Source: a virus. Taken from it: a stretch of 40,582 nt of DNA. Of the stretch, positions 16,050 through 24,988 are shown piece after piece. Both the position numbers and the translations under genes were made by a program. Numbering within the stretch: the first letter of the stretch is position 1; each line of letters starts with the position of its first letter. The DNA is taken from IMG/VR virus record IMGVR_UViG_3300023103_000002, positions 1-40,582 of that record, one strand, 5' to 3'. A model generated the notes under the pieces. That model was not told where the DNA came from. It saw nothing but the letters and a program-made list of their open reading frames with translations, and ran no database searches.

Positions 16050-18625
16050 TGGCAGATGCAGCTTATATCAGGCAGGGTTTAATTAATCGCGGCCTTCCAG
16101 AGCATGTTGCTGATGGTTTTGTGCTTAACTTCCAAGACGAGAGCGGGCTTAACCCCGGTATTAACGAGCGTAATCCTACAGTTCCGGGGTCGCGTGGGGG
16201 ATACGGCCTTGCTCAATGGACGGGGCCGCGTCGGCGTTCTTATGAGCAATTCGCGGCGCAAAATGGCGTTCAACCCGATGATCTCGACACTCAACTTGAT
16301 TTTGTTGTGAATGAACTCGGTGGAAGCGAACGGCGAGCGGCAAACAATATCTATGCCAGCACAGACAGAGGGCAAGCAGCAACAGCAATCGCCCGTGATT
16401 ATTTGCGGCCAGCTCCACAGTATTTGCAGGAACGGGTAGCGAGATACAACAATTCCCCTCCTGTTAACGTTGCTCCAAATGGCGAAGAATGGGACGACTC
16501 TCTTGAATCTGCCCAGAATGTAGACGTTGCGCCTAACGGAGAGGAATGGGACGATACGCCTGTTGCGCCTTCGGAGCCTTTAGCCGCTCCTGTCCCTTCT
16601 CAATCATCATTAACGCCACAACAGCGCATAGCGCAAGGCTTTGAAGGTCAGACACAACGTGCCCCCACTTGGCAAGCGGGGACGGTTGAACGTGGGCAGG
16701 AAGAACTTGGGAGACGCTTAACAGCCAGTGAATTGCAGGGGATCAATCAGGTCAATGCCGCCGGACAGGGATTTTATGCCAATTTTCTTGATGAACTAGG
16801 CGGTGGCGTGAATGCAGTAGGTGAGACTATTGGCAAGGCCGCAACAGGTCGGTTTAATGAGATTAGCCCCGCTGATGATTACGCTCGCACCGCTGATGCT
16901 ATCAACGACAGAACGTCACGCTTCGCAGCAAGCAATCCTATTGAAAGCACCGCTTACCAGATAGGAGGGGCGCTGGCTTCGGCTCCTTTCACCCCGGGGG
17001 TTGGCGGCGCTAATGCTGCGGTAGCCGCAGCTCGGACAGGTGCAGTTTACGGCGGTATCGCTGGCGTTGGGGGTGCAGAAGGTGGACTTGACCAACGGCT
17101 AGAAGGCGGTATTGAAGGCGCGGCATTAGGCAACGTGGCTGGACGCGTCGGGAATAGGGTTATTCAAGGTGCTGCGGCTGGTTTGGGCGCGGCTGGCAGG
17201 TCTATATCTGCGCCTTTCCGGGGCACTGTTAATTCAGAACAGGAAGCGGCCCGTCGTGTTGCCAGTGCATTTGGTGGGAGTGCGGGTGTTGGTGCCGCCG
17301 CTGATGATTTGGAACGCGGATTATCTGAAGGCGTGCCCCTTATTGCCGCTGATGTTGGCGGGGAGAGTAGCAGAGCGCTTGCCCGCTCGGCAGCTAACAC
17401 TTCTTTAGACGCTCGCCAAGCACTGCAAACGGCGGTTGAAGGGAGGTTCGAAAACCAGTCCGAACGATTATCTTCTGCTATTCAGGACATTACAGGTTCA
17501 TCGGGTGACACCGCAGCGCGTCGTGTTTCGCTCCAAGAAGCGGCAAGAGCTGCAAACCGTCCAGCTTACGTTAAGGCTTACCGCGAAGGCAATGTTCCGA
17601 TTTGGGATGAGACAACACAGCAAATTTCTTCCGCTCCAGTTGTTCAAGATGCCATACGCAAGGCTACACGTACAAGTGCGAACCGCGGCGCTATCCAAGG
17701 CGATGCCCCCTCATCGAACCCTTTTGTTATCCGTGGCGGGAGGGTCGAATTAAGTGGTAAAGCTCAGCCTACATTGCAGTTCTGGGACAATGTTAACCGC
17801 AATCTAAACGATGCTTACAGCTCGGCCAATAGGGCTGGGCGCAACAGCGAAGCCGCTGACATTATCCAGCTCAAGAACGCTCTGACATCCCATTTAGACG
17901 AGATTGTGCCTTCGTTTAAGTCTGCCCGCGCGGGCGCTTCGGAAGCCTTTGGTGCGCAAGATGCTTTAGAGGCTGGTCAGAAATTTGTGCGCTCTAATCT
18001 CGAATTAGCTGAAGCGCGTCAGGCTTACGCCAAACTAAGCCAGCCGGAAAGGGAGCTTTTCAAAGAAGGTTTTGCTAACAGTCTTGTTGAGCAAGTTAAC
18101 TCAGTGAGTGACAGAAGAAATGTGATAAATAGCATATTTTTATCTTCCCCAAAAGCGCGGGAAAAGATAGAAATGGCTCTTGGAAAAGAAGGTGCAACAA
18201 AGATAGAATCCCTTCTAAGATTAGAGAATATGCAAAATATCACACGTCAAGCAATCGGCGGTAATTCGACCACCGCCCGCCAATTGGCTGAACTTGGCAT
18301 TGCGGCGGGTGTAGGGGCTGGGATTAATTACAATGATCCTTTCAGCGTCAGAACCGCGCTAACCGGGGCTTTGTTATATGGCGCGCGGCGCGGTCAAGTC
18401 CGAATTAATGACAAGGTTGTCCGGCGTGTCGGAGAGCTTCTTGCAAGTGGCGATCCGGCTTCCCTGCGGCGTGTCCAACAGCTAGTCGCGGGCAATAAAA
18501 CATTGTTAGACGTGGTGAGAAACGCCGAAACCTCCATTGCCGAGATTGCCGCCCGGTCAGTTAATCATGGCGGCCCGGATGAATCACAAAACCCAAATAT
18601 CACCATAACCCCTAGGAACCAATAA
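16049..18625 (+). CDS. Large internal virion protein with an N-terminal phage-tail-lysozyme-like (peptidoglycan hydrolase) domain
   Basis: FQDESGLNPGINERNPTVPGSRGGYGLAQWTGPRR...DTQLDFVVNEL resembles the phage tail lysozyme domain. It is the largest ORF in the window. The ATG at 16049 gives a TAATG overlap; the track start is 16031. Confidence 0.7.
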   Translation: MADAAYIRQGLINRGLPEHVADGFVLNFQDESGLNPGINERNPTVPGSRGGYGLAQWTGPRRRSYEQFAAQNGVQPDDLDTQLDFVVNELGGSERRAANNIYASTDRGQAATAIARDYLRPAPQYLQERVARYNNSPPVNVAPNGEEWDDSLESAQNVDVAPNGEEWDDTPVAPSEPLAAPVPSQSSLTPQQRIAQGFEGQTQRAPTWQAGTVERGQEELGRRLTASELQGINQVNAAGQGFYANFLDELGGGVNAVGETIGKAATGRFNEISPADDYARTADAINDRTSRFAASNPIESTAYQIGGALASAPFTPGVGGANAAVAAARTGAVYGGIAGVGGAEGGLDQRLEGGIEGAALGNVAGRVGNRVIQGAAAGLGAAGRSISAPFRGTVNSEQEAARRVASAFGGSAGVGAAADDLERGLSEGVPLIAADVGGESSRALARSAANTSLDARQALQTAVEGRFENQSERLSSAIQDITGSSGDTAARRVSLQEAARAANRPAYVKAYREGNVPIWDETTQQISSAPVVQDAIRKATRTSANRGAIQGDAPSSNPFVIRGGRVELSGKAQPTLQFWDNVNRNLNDAYSSANRAGRNSEAADIIQLKNALTSHLDEIVPSFKSARAGASEAFGAQDALEAGQKFVRSNLELAEARQAYAKLSQPERELFKEGFANSLVEQVNSVSDRRNVINSIFLSSPKAREKIEMALGKEGATKIESLLRLENMQNITRQAIGGNSTTARQLAELGIAAGVGAGINYNDPFSVRTALTGALLYGARRGQVRINDKVVRRVGELLASGDPASLRRVQQLVAGNKTLLDVVRNAETSIAEIAARSVNHGGPDESQNPNITITPRNQ

Positions 18626-19593
18626 TGGCGGGTATTTACTGGACTAAATCGCTCACCCAAGAGCTCAATAATAACGGGGAGCCTATCATCGGCGCTCGAT
18701 TGTTTTTCTTTGAGGCTGGCACAACCACACCACTAATCACTTATCAGGATTACACACTTGCAACGCCACACCCTAACCCCGTTAGGACAGATTCAAACGG
18801 GCGTTGGCCTAACGTGTTCATTGACGACGAGAACGAGTTTTACAAGTTCCGCATCACGTCCCCCAGCGGCGTTACATTAGCCACTGCCGATTATATCCCA
18901 CTATCTCTGACGGGGGGCGGTGGGGGCGGTGATCCTGTGCCGCCAGTAGACCAGACCGCACTTGCTCAAACTGGCGATGAAAAGATCAGGTTCGACACTG
19001 GGCCTATATCTGGCTGGGTTCGAGAAAATGGGCGCACAATTGGCTCATCGACATCAGGCGCTACCGAACGCGCAGACGCAGACACACAAGAGCTTTTTGA
19101 ATACCTTTGGAACAAGAACTTATCTTTCCTTGCGGTTTCTGGTGGGCGCGGCGCTTCCGCCGTAGCCGACTGGACAGCAAATAAAAGCATCCAACTCCCA
19201 GACTCGCGCGGCCGGGTTCTCGCTGGTCTAGATGGCATGGGGGCTGGACTTGCTGCTCGGATAACAGCTCAAAGCATCACAGGAAGCGGGACAGGACCTA
19301 ACATTGTTGGTTCCGGTGGAGGCGCAGAAACAAACACCTTAACTATCTCTGAAATTCCTGTTCACGATCATGGCGGTGGAACGGGAGAAGCGGGCGCTCA
19401 TACTCATACCCTCCCCAAAGCGACGGGATCGGGCGGAGGTAACGCAGCCAACAACGGGCCTCAAGACGGTGTTCAGGTGTATGCCACAAGCTCAGCAGGA
19501 AACCATGTTCACATTATACCGCCTGCAGGCGGTGGCCAACCACATAACAATATGCCTCCATTCACCCTTCGCACAATTTACATAAAGCTTTGA
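18625..19593 (+). CDS. Tail fibre protein with a phage tail-collar domain
   Basis: LPDSRGRVLAGLDGMG...AETNTLTISEIPVHDHGG...GGGQPHNNMPPFTLRTIYIKL matches the tail-collar (MdpB-like) motif pattern. Confidence 0.85.
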   Translation: MAGIYWTKSLTQELNNNGEPIIGARLFFFEAGTTTPLITYQDYTLATPHPNPVRTDSNGRWPNVFIDDENEFYKFRITSPSGVTLATADYIPLSLTGGGGGGDPVPPVDQTALAQTGDEKIRFDTGPISGWVRENGRTIGSSTSGATERADADTQELFEYLWNKNLSFLAVSGGRGASAVADWTANKSIQLPDSRGRVLAGLDGMGAGLAARITAQSITGSGTGPNIVGSGGGAETNTLTISEIPVHDHGGGTGEAGAHTHTLPKATGSGGGNAANNGPQDGVQVYATSSAGNHVHIIPPAGGGQPHNNMPPFTLRTIYIKL

Positions 19594-19599
19594 GGTAAC

Positions 19600-20007
19600 A
19601 TGTACAGCGGTTATTTAGATACAGTAACAAACAAGTCCGATTGGAATACTACAATTCAGATTGTAGATTCTGATTCTGATGAACCTGTTGATTTAACGGG
19701 TGTCGACGCATTTATGCAAGTTGTTTCATGCCGTGAAGGATACCCCCATCATTCAAATCATGGGTATGGTTATGATTACGGATCAGGGTCATGTGGTCCG
19801 CGCTTATCTGGAAGCACAGAAGACGGGCGCTTAACGTTATCATCCGAGGGAATTATCTCATGGTCATATCCTGCAAGCGTGATGAATGCGCTATGCCCGC
19901 GTACGTACGATATTGGCATTATCTTAAAAAAAGATGATCAAACCACTCAATTATTTCTCGGAAAAGTAACCGTACTCGATGGAGTTGTAACTAATGGCCT
20001 TATTTAG
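19600..20007 (+). CDS. Hypothetical tail-module protein (135 aa)
   Basis: ORF between two fibre genes, overlapping the next gene. Confidence 0.6.
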   Translation: MYSGYLDTVTNKSDWNTTIQIVDSDSDEPVDLTGVDAFMQVVSCREGYPHHSNHGYGYDYGSGSCGPRLSGSTEDGRLTLSSEGIISWSYPASVMNALCPRTYDIGIILKKDDQTTQLFLGKVTVLDGVVTNGLI

Positions 20008-22084
20008 CACTGGCGGCTCTAGCCTAAAGTTCCGCGTCCTTCCTCAATTCCCCGCCAGTGTGGAAGGTGACAACGGGATAGTTGTTGAGAAAACAGGGGC
20101 AACGTTCCTTATCAAGGACGACTTCGACACTCTATCAGATTTAGGGACAGCCGATGATCTCGTAAACTACCGGATGAAAATTTACGATAGCGTCAACCGA
20201 GTTTATTACAATATATCCCTTCTTGATGCCATTTCGGTTGATTTTATTGCGCCGTCTGTAGCCTCCCAAGGAGAAGCCGAAGCGGGGACTGATAACACCA
20301 AAATCATGACACCGCTTCGTGTCAAACAGGCAAATGACTATCAGCTCCCGATCCTCATAGATGAAGGGGTGCAAGACAAAATAGACGATGGGACAATTTT
20401 CAGCACGGCGAGTGGTGAAGCGTATGTCGATGAGCAGGTGCCTATTATTGCTACACCAATTGCAATTAAAAAGGCCAATGAAAGCACGTTAAGGAAGTAT
20501 TGGGCCTCCGCTGGCAATGCAACGGCAAATACCATTCAGATTTATGACAGCCGGAACACAGACGTTAAACATAGGGCTTTTGGGTCGCACGTTCAATTAC
20601 CCAACGGGCGATGGATGGCTTGTTACCGTCTTGCAAACGGTCACGCTACGTCCGATATTGGCTCTATCGGGATGCTTGTAACAGATAAGGAATACACCCA
20701 GCTTTTAACAGAGCGTCAGGTGATAGTTCCGGGGGCTGGTCGCACGTTCAGCGAAGCAACCCTTATTCTTTTACCTTCTGGGAGTGTTCTTCTTCTAACC
20801 TCCGATGTTGATGCTACAACGAACTATAGCGATCCACTTGATCCGAAGCCCACAATCATTCGGCAGTTTTATTGCCGGAACCCTACGGAACCAGATCCTG
20901 ATGATATTGTGTGGACGGAATCAACCCCGGTGTTGACTAACCCGGTTAGCTATTGCCGCACACGCGCCGCTGTTGGACTTGTCCCCGGCGATGATAAGAA
21001 TTTATTCGGGTTCACGGCTTTCAGGGCACTTAACGCAGTTGGGCCGCTGGTTAACTCTCGGAAATCTCTTTGGGTTGGAGAATACGATCCCATCACAGAC
21101 AGCTTAATAAACTGGACTGAAAAAACCATTGTAGAGGGCACAGAAGGTTTATCCGAAGCAGGAATAACATTCGCAACGGAACTGCATGGACTTGCGGCGT
21201 TCCGTGGGAGAGGGGGTACAAATACCCTTAGTATCTATAAAACCTCCGACAACCTTGCAACTCCTGCTGTTTATGTCGGTGATATTCCGGGATACGATAA
21301 CGACGTTGCGCCGGATCTTCGCCTGAAATATATAGACAATGAGCCTTTTGTGTTCATTAACTTTAATAGAAGATTCTCTAGTGAAGACACCATTATTACA
21401 CGGTGTTATCGTTTCTGGGATTTATTTGGCGGTAATCTCACTACATACTCCGAAAAGAAGTCACCTGCTATTTTCGCGGGGGCTTCCGGCTATGGGAATG
21501 GGTTCTTCGCTGATAACGGCGATTTAGTTTATTTCGTGCATAAGGAATATGCGGCGGGTGCTGGGCCTGACCAGTGGCCTACAGGTAATAACCCCGGCCC
21601 GACTGATCTTTACATCATTCGCTATTGCCCTGATAAAATAGCGGAAGGGCCATATATTACGGTTCCACGTATTGATGCAGCAAGCACACCCGGTACAAAT
21701 ACTTATGCTGCTAATCAGAGAGTGTGTGACGCTTACATTAAAGGTCGGGAGTGCACAGCGCATTTCCAGATTAAACTTGCTTCGCGTTCAGGCGCGGGCG
21801 CAGCATTCATTGCTGACCTTCCATTCCCTGCGGCGGTGGGGACAGGGGTTATTCGTTATGTTGCTCGTGTTCGACCTGCAAATTACACTAACGCCTCTAT
21901 AACCACATCAGCAGGAGTAGAGTTCGGGCAAGGGCATTGGGCTGAACTGATCCCGCAAGATCAGAGAATTTACCTATACAAGCAGACCTCAAGGAATGCC
22001 GCACTTGTTCAACTCTCAGAGCTTGATAACGACTATACAATATGGCTTTCAATAACTTACCCTATCGCTGAAACGAGATCATAA
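19994..22084 (+). CDS. Tail fibre/spike protein (696 aa) with a large uncharacterised C-terminal receptor-binding region
   Basis: Contains the motif SQGEAEAGTDNTKIMTPLRVKQA that recurs near the N-terminus of many phage fibres. Size and position are consistent. Confidence 0.7.
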   Translation: MALFSTGGSSLKFRVLPQFPASVEGDNGIVVEKTGATFLIKDDFDTLSDLGTADDLVNYRMKIYDSVNRVYYNISLLDAISVDFIAPSVASQGEAEAGTDNTKIMTPLRVKQANDYQLPILIDEGVQDKIDDGTIFSTASGEAYVDEQVPIIATPIAIKKANESTLRKYWASAGNATANTIQIYDSRNTDVKHRAFGSHVQLPNGRWMACYRLANGHATSDIGSIGMLVTDKEYTQLLTERQVIVPGAGRTFSEATLILLPSGSVLLLTSDVDATTNYSDPLDPKPTIIRQFYCRNPTEPDPDDIVWTESTPVLTNPVSYCRTRAAVGLVPGDDKNLFGFTAFRALNAVGPLVNSRKSLWVGEYDPITDSLINWTEKTIVEGTEGLSEAGITFATELHGLAAFRGRGGTNTLSIYKTSDNLATPAVYVGDIPGYDNDVAPDLRLKYIDNEPFVFINFNRRFSSEDTIITRCYRFWDLFGGNLTTYSEKKSPAIFAGASGYGNGFFADNGDLVYFVHKEYAAGAGPDQWPTGNNPGPTDLYIIRYCPDKIAEGPYITVPRIDAASTPGTNTYAANQRVCDAYIKGRECTAHFQIKLASRSGAGAAFIADLPFPAAVGTGVIRYVARVRPANYTNASITTSAGVEFGQGHWAELIPQDQRIYLYKQTSRNAALVQLSELDNDYTIWLSITYPIAETRS

Positions 22085-22085
22085 C

Positions 22086-22871
22086 ATGCCCATAAGAATT
22101 GATGATGCTGACGGTATTATTCGCCAGATAAACACGAATGTTACCACGAATGAGAATGGGGAGCTGCACACGTATGTAACAGCTGCGGGCGGGTCCGGCA
22201 CAAGCGCCAGTCAGGTGCAGGGTATACAGGCAAGTGCTACGACAAATAGCGGGAACCCTGTAAAGGTTGGTGCTGTTTTTATGACAACAGCGCCTGTTTA
22301 CACAGATGGGCAATTTGGCGATTTGCAAATGACCGCCCGAGGAATGCTTGCAACCGCTATCGGATTTTCAGGAACTGGTGGCACCTTTGCCGCTGGGCTT
22401 GCTGACAACGTAGCTTCTGTTGCAGCCAGCGCGACTGTCAACGCATTAAAGGTGCTCAGCCGAAATACTATTTCCGATGGAACGAATTGGTATCCGATGC
22501 CGGGATCCGCAACAGGAGTTAATATCGTTGATGCCCCGACAGGATCGGCAGGGCAAGCCTTGGCAACAACTGCTAATGCCGCGGTGGGCGCATCATTGGT
22601 TTTGAAGGCAAGTGCAGGAAACCTGTATGGTTTTAATATCGTGACGGGAGCAAGCGCAGGTTATCTCATGATATTTGACGCCACAAGCGCGCCTGCTGAT
22701 GGCGCAGTAACACCCAAGCGCTGTATTGCAATCGCTGCAAATACCAGCATTGACAGAACATTCGGGAAGCCTATCCGGTTTACATCTGGAATTACGCTCG
22801 TTTTTTCCACAACAGGCCCCTATACAAAAACAGCTTCGGCAACAGCATTTTTAGCAGGGGAAGCGGTATGA
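22086..22871 (+). CDS. Hypothetical virion/tail protein (261 aa, Ala/Gly/Thr-rich)
   Basis: ORF in the late operon, 1 nt after the upstream stop. Confidence 0.65.
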   Translation: MPIRIDDADGIIRQINTNVTTNENGELHTYVTAAGGSGTSASQVQGIQASATTNSGNPVKVGAVFMTTAPVYTDGQFGDLQMTARGMLATAIGFSGTGGTFAAGLADNVASVAASATVNALKVLSRNTISDGTNWYPMPGSATGVNIVDAPTGSAGQALATTANAAVGASLVLKASAGNLYGFNIVTGASAGYLMIFDATSAPADGAVTPKRCIAIAANTSIDRTFGKPIRFTSGITLVFSTTGPYTKTASATAFLAGEAV

Positions 22872-23371
22872 GCGGGGGAATTGTTTCGGGTCTTAATAAT
22901 ATTCCAGCCAGCCAATTCGTCCAAGATGAAGCTTTAACAGTTGCACAATTGCATTCTCTTTATCCTCCTGCGGCGGGGAACCAGTACAAATATGCGCGGG
23001 TGAGTGATCTATTCTCGGAGGCTGGATCGTCTTATATGGGGGGAATCGTCGTGAATGATACGGGAACCGGCTGGGTTCCTGTTCGTGCTTTGCGTATGAA
23101 CAACGTAGCATTTAACGGAAATCAGGCGCTTACGTTCACCTCACTTCTAACGCCGCCTATTATCGAGTTGACGGGAACGGCTACATCGAACAGAACCTAC
23201 ACGTTATCATCGCTTTACGCAGCGAACGGTTCTGAATTTACGATTAAAAACAATATGACTTTGGGCCTTTTTGGGATAAACCTTTCTGGCTTGTCCGGTC
23301 TTTTGGGCTTGTTAGGCGGGTCAAGTACGCGCGTTGTTTTCAACGGCACGATATGGAAGCAAGCCTCATAA
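22868..23371 (+). CDS. Hypothetical virion/tail protein (167 aa)
   Basis: ATGA overlap with the upstream gene. Confidence 0.65.
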   Translation: MSGGIVSGLNNIPASQFVQDEALTVAQLHSLYPPAAGNQYKYARVSDLFSEAGSSYMGGIVVNDTGTGWVPVRALRMNNVAFNGNQALTFTSLLTPPIIELTGTATSNRTYTLSSLYAANGSEFTIKNNMTLGLFGINLSGLSGLLGLLGGSSTRVVFNGTIWKQAS

Positions 23372-23384
23372 AAGGATGAAAAAA

Positions 23385-23576
23385 ATGTCAGTTGTTCAAG
23401 TTGGTGATGAGTTTTTGAACGGTCGTCTTGTTGTTCTGGAAGTGGACACAGCCGGAAAGGTTAAAGCGTACAGCATTGAGTTGGGCGAAGTGGGAGAACC
23501 TCTAACCTTTACGCTAGATGTCCCATTGACCATTGAGCAGTTGCTAGCGCTTCTAGCTCTTTTGGGCATTTCGTAA
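23385..23576 (+). CDS. Hypothetical protein (63 aa)
   Basis: AAGGA lies 8 nt before the ATG at 23385. The track start at 23334 overlaps the upstream gene. Confidence 0.5.
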   Translation: MSVVQVGDEFLNGRLVVLEVDTAGKVKAYSIELGEVGEPLTFTLDVPLTIEQLLALLALLGIS

Positions 23577-23584
23577 TATACTAG

Positions 23585-23610
23585 GGCGGGGAATTAATTC
23601 CCCGCCTTTT
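23585..23610 (+). terminator. Rho-independent terminator after the structural genes
   Basis: Perfect palindrome GGCGGGGAATT/AATTCCCCGCC (23585-23606) followed by TTTT. Confidence 0.8.
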
Positions 23611-23629
23611 AAATTTAGGAAGGTCTCGG

Positions 23630-24610
23630 ATGTTTACATTGTCGATGCTGACGGTTGATAAGCTGCAACAAATGACTGGCGGCAAGCCTAACATCTCAAA
23701 TATGCAATCAATCATATTGTCGCTGCATGAGTTTGGTGAGCGGTATGGATTAGACCAGCCGCACCGGTTGGTGCATTTTCTCGCTCAGCTGATGCACGAA
23801 AGCGGCGGGTTCCGCTATGACCGTGAAGTGTGGGGGCCGACTGATGCGCAAAAGCGTTATGAGGGGCGGCAGGACTTAGGCAACACTCAGCCGGGGGATG
23901 GCTCTAAGTTCCGTGGATACGGCCCTATCCAGCTTACAGGTAGGTCTAACGTTGAGGAATTTTATCTCTGGTGTATTGATGCCGGTCTGGAGCCGCCTGA
24001 CTTCACGCAAACGCCGAACCTGATTAACACAGACCCCTATGAGGGGCTTTCAGCAATCTGGTACTGGGACAAGGGCAATCCGACAGGGAAAAGCCTAAAC
24101 CTCTACGCGGACAAGAACGACATTGAGAACATCACGCGGCGCATTAATGGCGGGTTGAATGGATATTCGGATCGGCTACACTGTTATGACCGTTGCTCTC
24201 TGTCATTGCTTGGGTTCCCACATTACAGCGTCCAAGAGTTCCAGCGTTCGGTCGGCATTAAAGCCGATGGAATATCGGGCCCTGTAACTCGATCTGAAAT
24301 GCACAAAGCTCTGGTCAAAATGACCTTGGTTGAAAACCGTAGCGACGGGGTTCAGAAGTCTCCGGTTGTGGATGAAAAACCCGTTGCTGTTGAGCCAAAG
24401 GGCGTTGATAACCCGATTCCGGCCATTGTCACCACGGGCATTGCAGTCGGCACTCCCGTTTTAACCTCTGTATCTGGCCTTGATTGGCGTGTGCAGCTCG
24501 TTCTCGCTCTGGCTGGTGTTCTGTTCGCGGGATACTTCATGTATGAACGTATTCGCATGGCGCAGGAATCGAAGGAAATCAAACTGGCAATCAAAGAGGG
24601 CGCGCTGTGA
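23630..24610 (+). CDS. Endolysin: GH19 (chitinase-like) catalytic domain, PG_binding_1-like repeat, and two C-terminal hydrophobic segments
   Basis: HFLAQLMHESGGFRYDREVWGPT...YGPIQLTGRSN is a GH19 lysozyme signature. FQRSVGIKADGISGPVTRSEMHKAL is PG-binding-like. aa 262-281 and 288-305 are hydrophobic. Confidence 0.85.
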   Translation: MFTLSMLTVDKLQQMTGGKPNISNMQSIILSLHEFGERYGLDQPHRLVHFLAQLMHESGGFRYDREVWGPTDAQKRYEGRQDLGNTQPGDGSKFRGYGPIQLTGRSNVEEFYLWCIDAGLEPPDFTQTPNLINTDPYEGLSAIWYWDKGNPTGKSLNLYADKNDIENITRRINGGLNGYSDRLHCYDRCSLSLLGFPHYSVQEFQRSVGIKADGISGPVTRSEMHKALVKMTLVENRSDGVQKSPVVDEKPVAVEPKGVDNPIPAIVTTGIAVGTPVLTSVSGLDWRVQLVLALAGVLFAGYFMYERIRMAQESKEIKLAIKEGAL

Positions 24611-24855
24611 TGGGCGTTATTGCTTGGCTGACAGGATCCACACTAGGCCGATGGGCAGCAATCCTTGCGCTCGGTGTGGGCTTTATATGGTTCGTGTTCC
24701 GCATAGGGGTTAGCTCTGGCTCCGATAAAATACGCATGAAGCAAACTGCCGACTCTCTCGCAAACGCAATGAAAAGGGTAGCTGAAAATGCACAAGTTAC
24801 TAAAATGTCTCGTGACCAGCGCCGCAATGCTCTTGATAGCTGGATGCGCGACTAA
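24610..24855 (+). CDS. i-spanin-like protein (N-terminal TM plus a short charged helix)
   Basis: TM segment RWAAILALGVGFIWFVF followed by a charged helical tail. Its 3' end contains the start of the lipoprotein gene in another frame (overlapped Rz/Rz1 arrangement). The ATG at 24610 forms a TGATG overlap with the endolysin stop; the track start is a GTG at 24607. It could alternatively be the holin. Confidence 0.55.
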   Translation: MGVIAWLTGSTLGRWAAILALGVGFIWFVFRIGVSSGSDKIRMKQTADSLANAMKRVAENAQVTKMSRDQRRNALDSWMRD

Positions 24856-24988
24856 CTCCGGTAATTCATGCGCTGGGTGGGAGCCGATTTACCCGTCGAA
24901 GCAGGATGTCATGACGGATGAAACCGTTAGACAAATCTTAAGCCATAATCAATTCGGGCGGGCGACATGCCAATGGAAACAACATTGA
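24788..24988 (+). CDS. o-spanin (Rz1-like outer-membrane lipoprotein)
   Basis: Signal peptide with lipobox LLIAG|C (MHKLLKCLVTSAAMLLIAGCATN) and a short Cys-containing mature part. It starts inside the preceding gene in a different frame. Confidence 0.75.
   Translation: MHKLLKCLVTSAAMLLIAGCATNSGNSCAGWEPIYPSKQDVMTDETVRQILSHNQFGRATCQWKQH

Noticed and set aside
18625-22871. Possibility of a diversity-generating retroelement targeting the fibre genes, since the virion module is reminiscent of BPP-1-like podoviruses.
   Set aside because: There is no reverse transcriptase ORF anywhere in the closed genome. I saw no TR/VR-like repeat pair near the 3' ends of the fibre genes.
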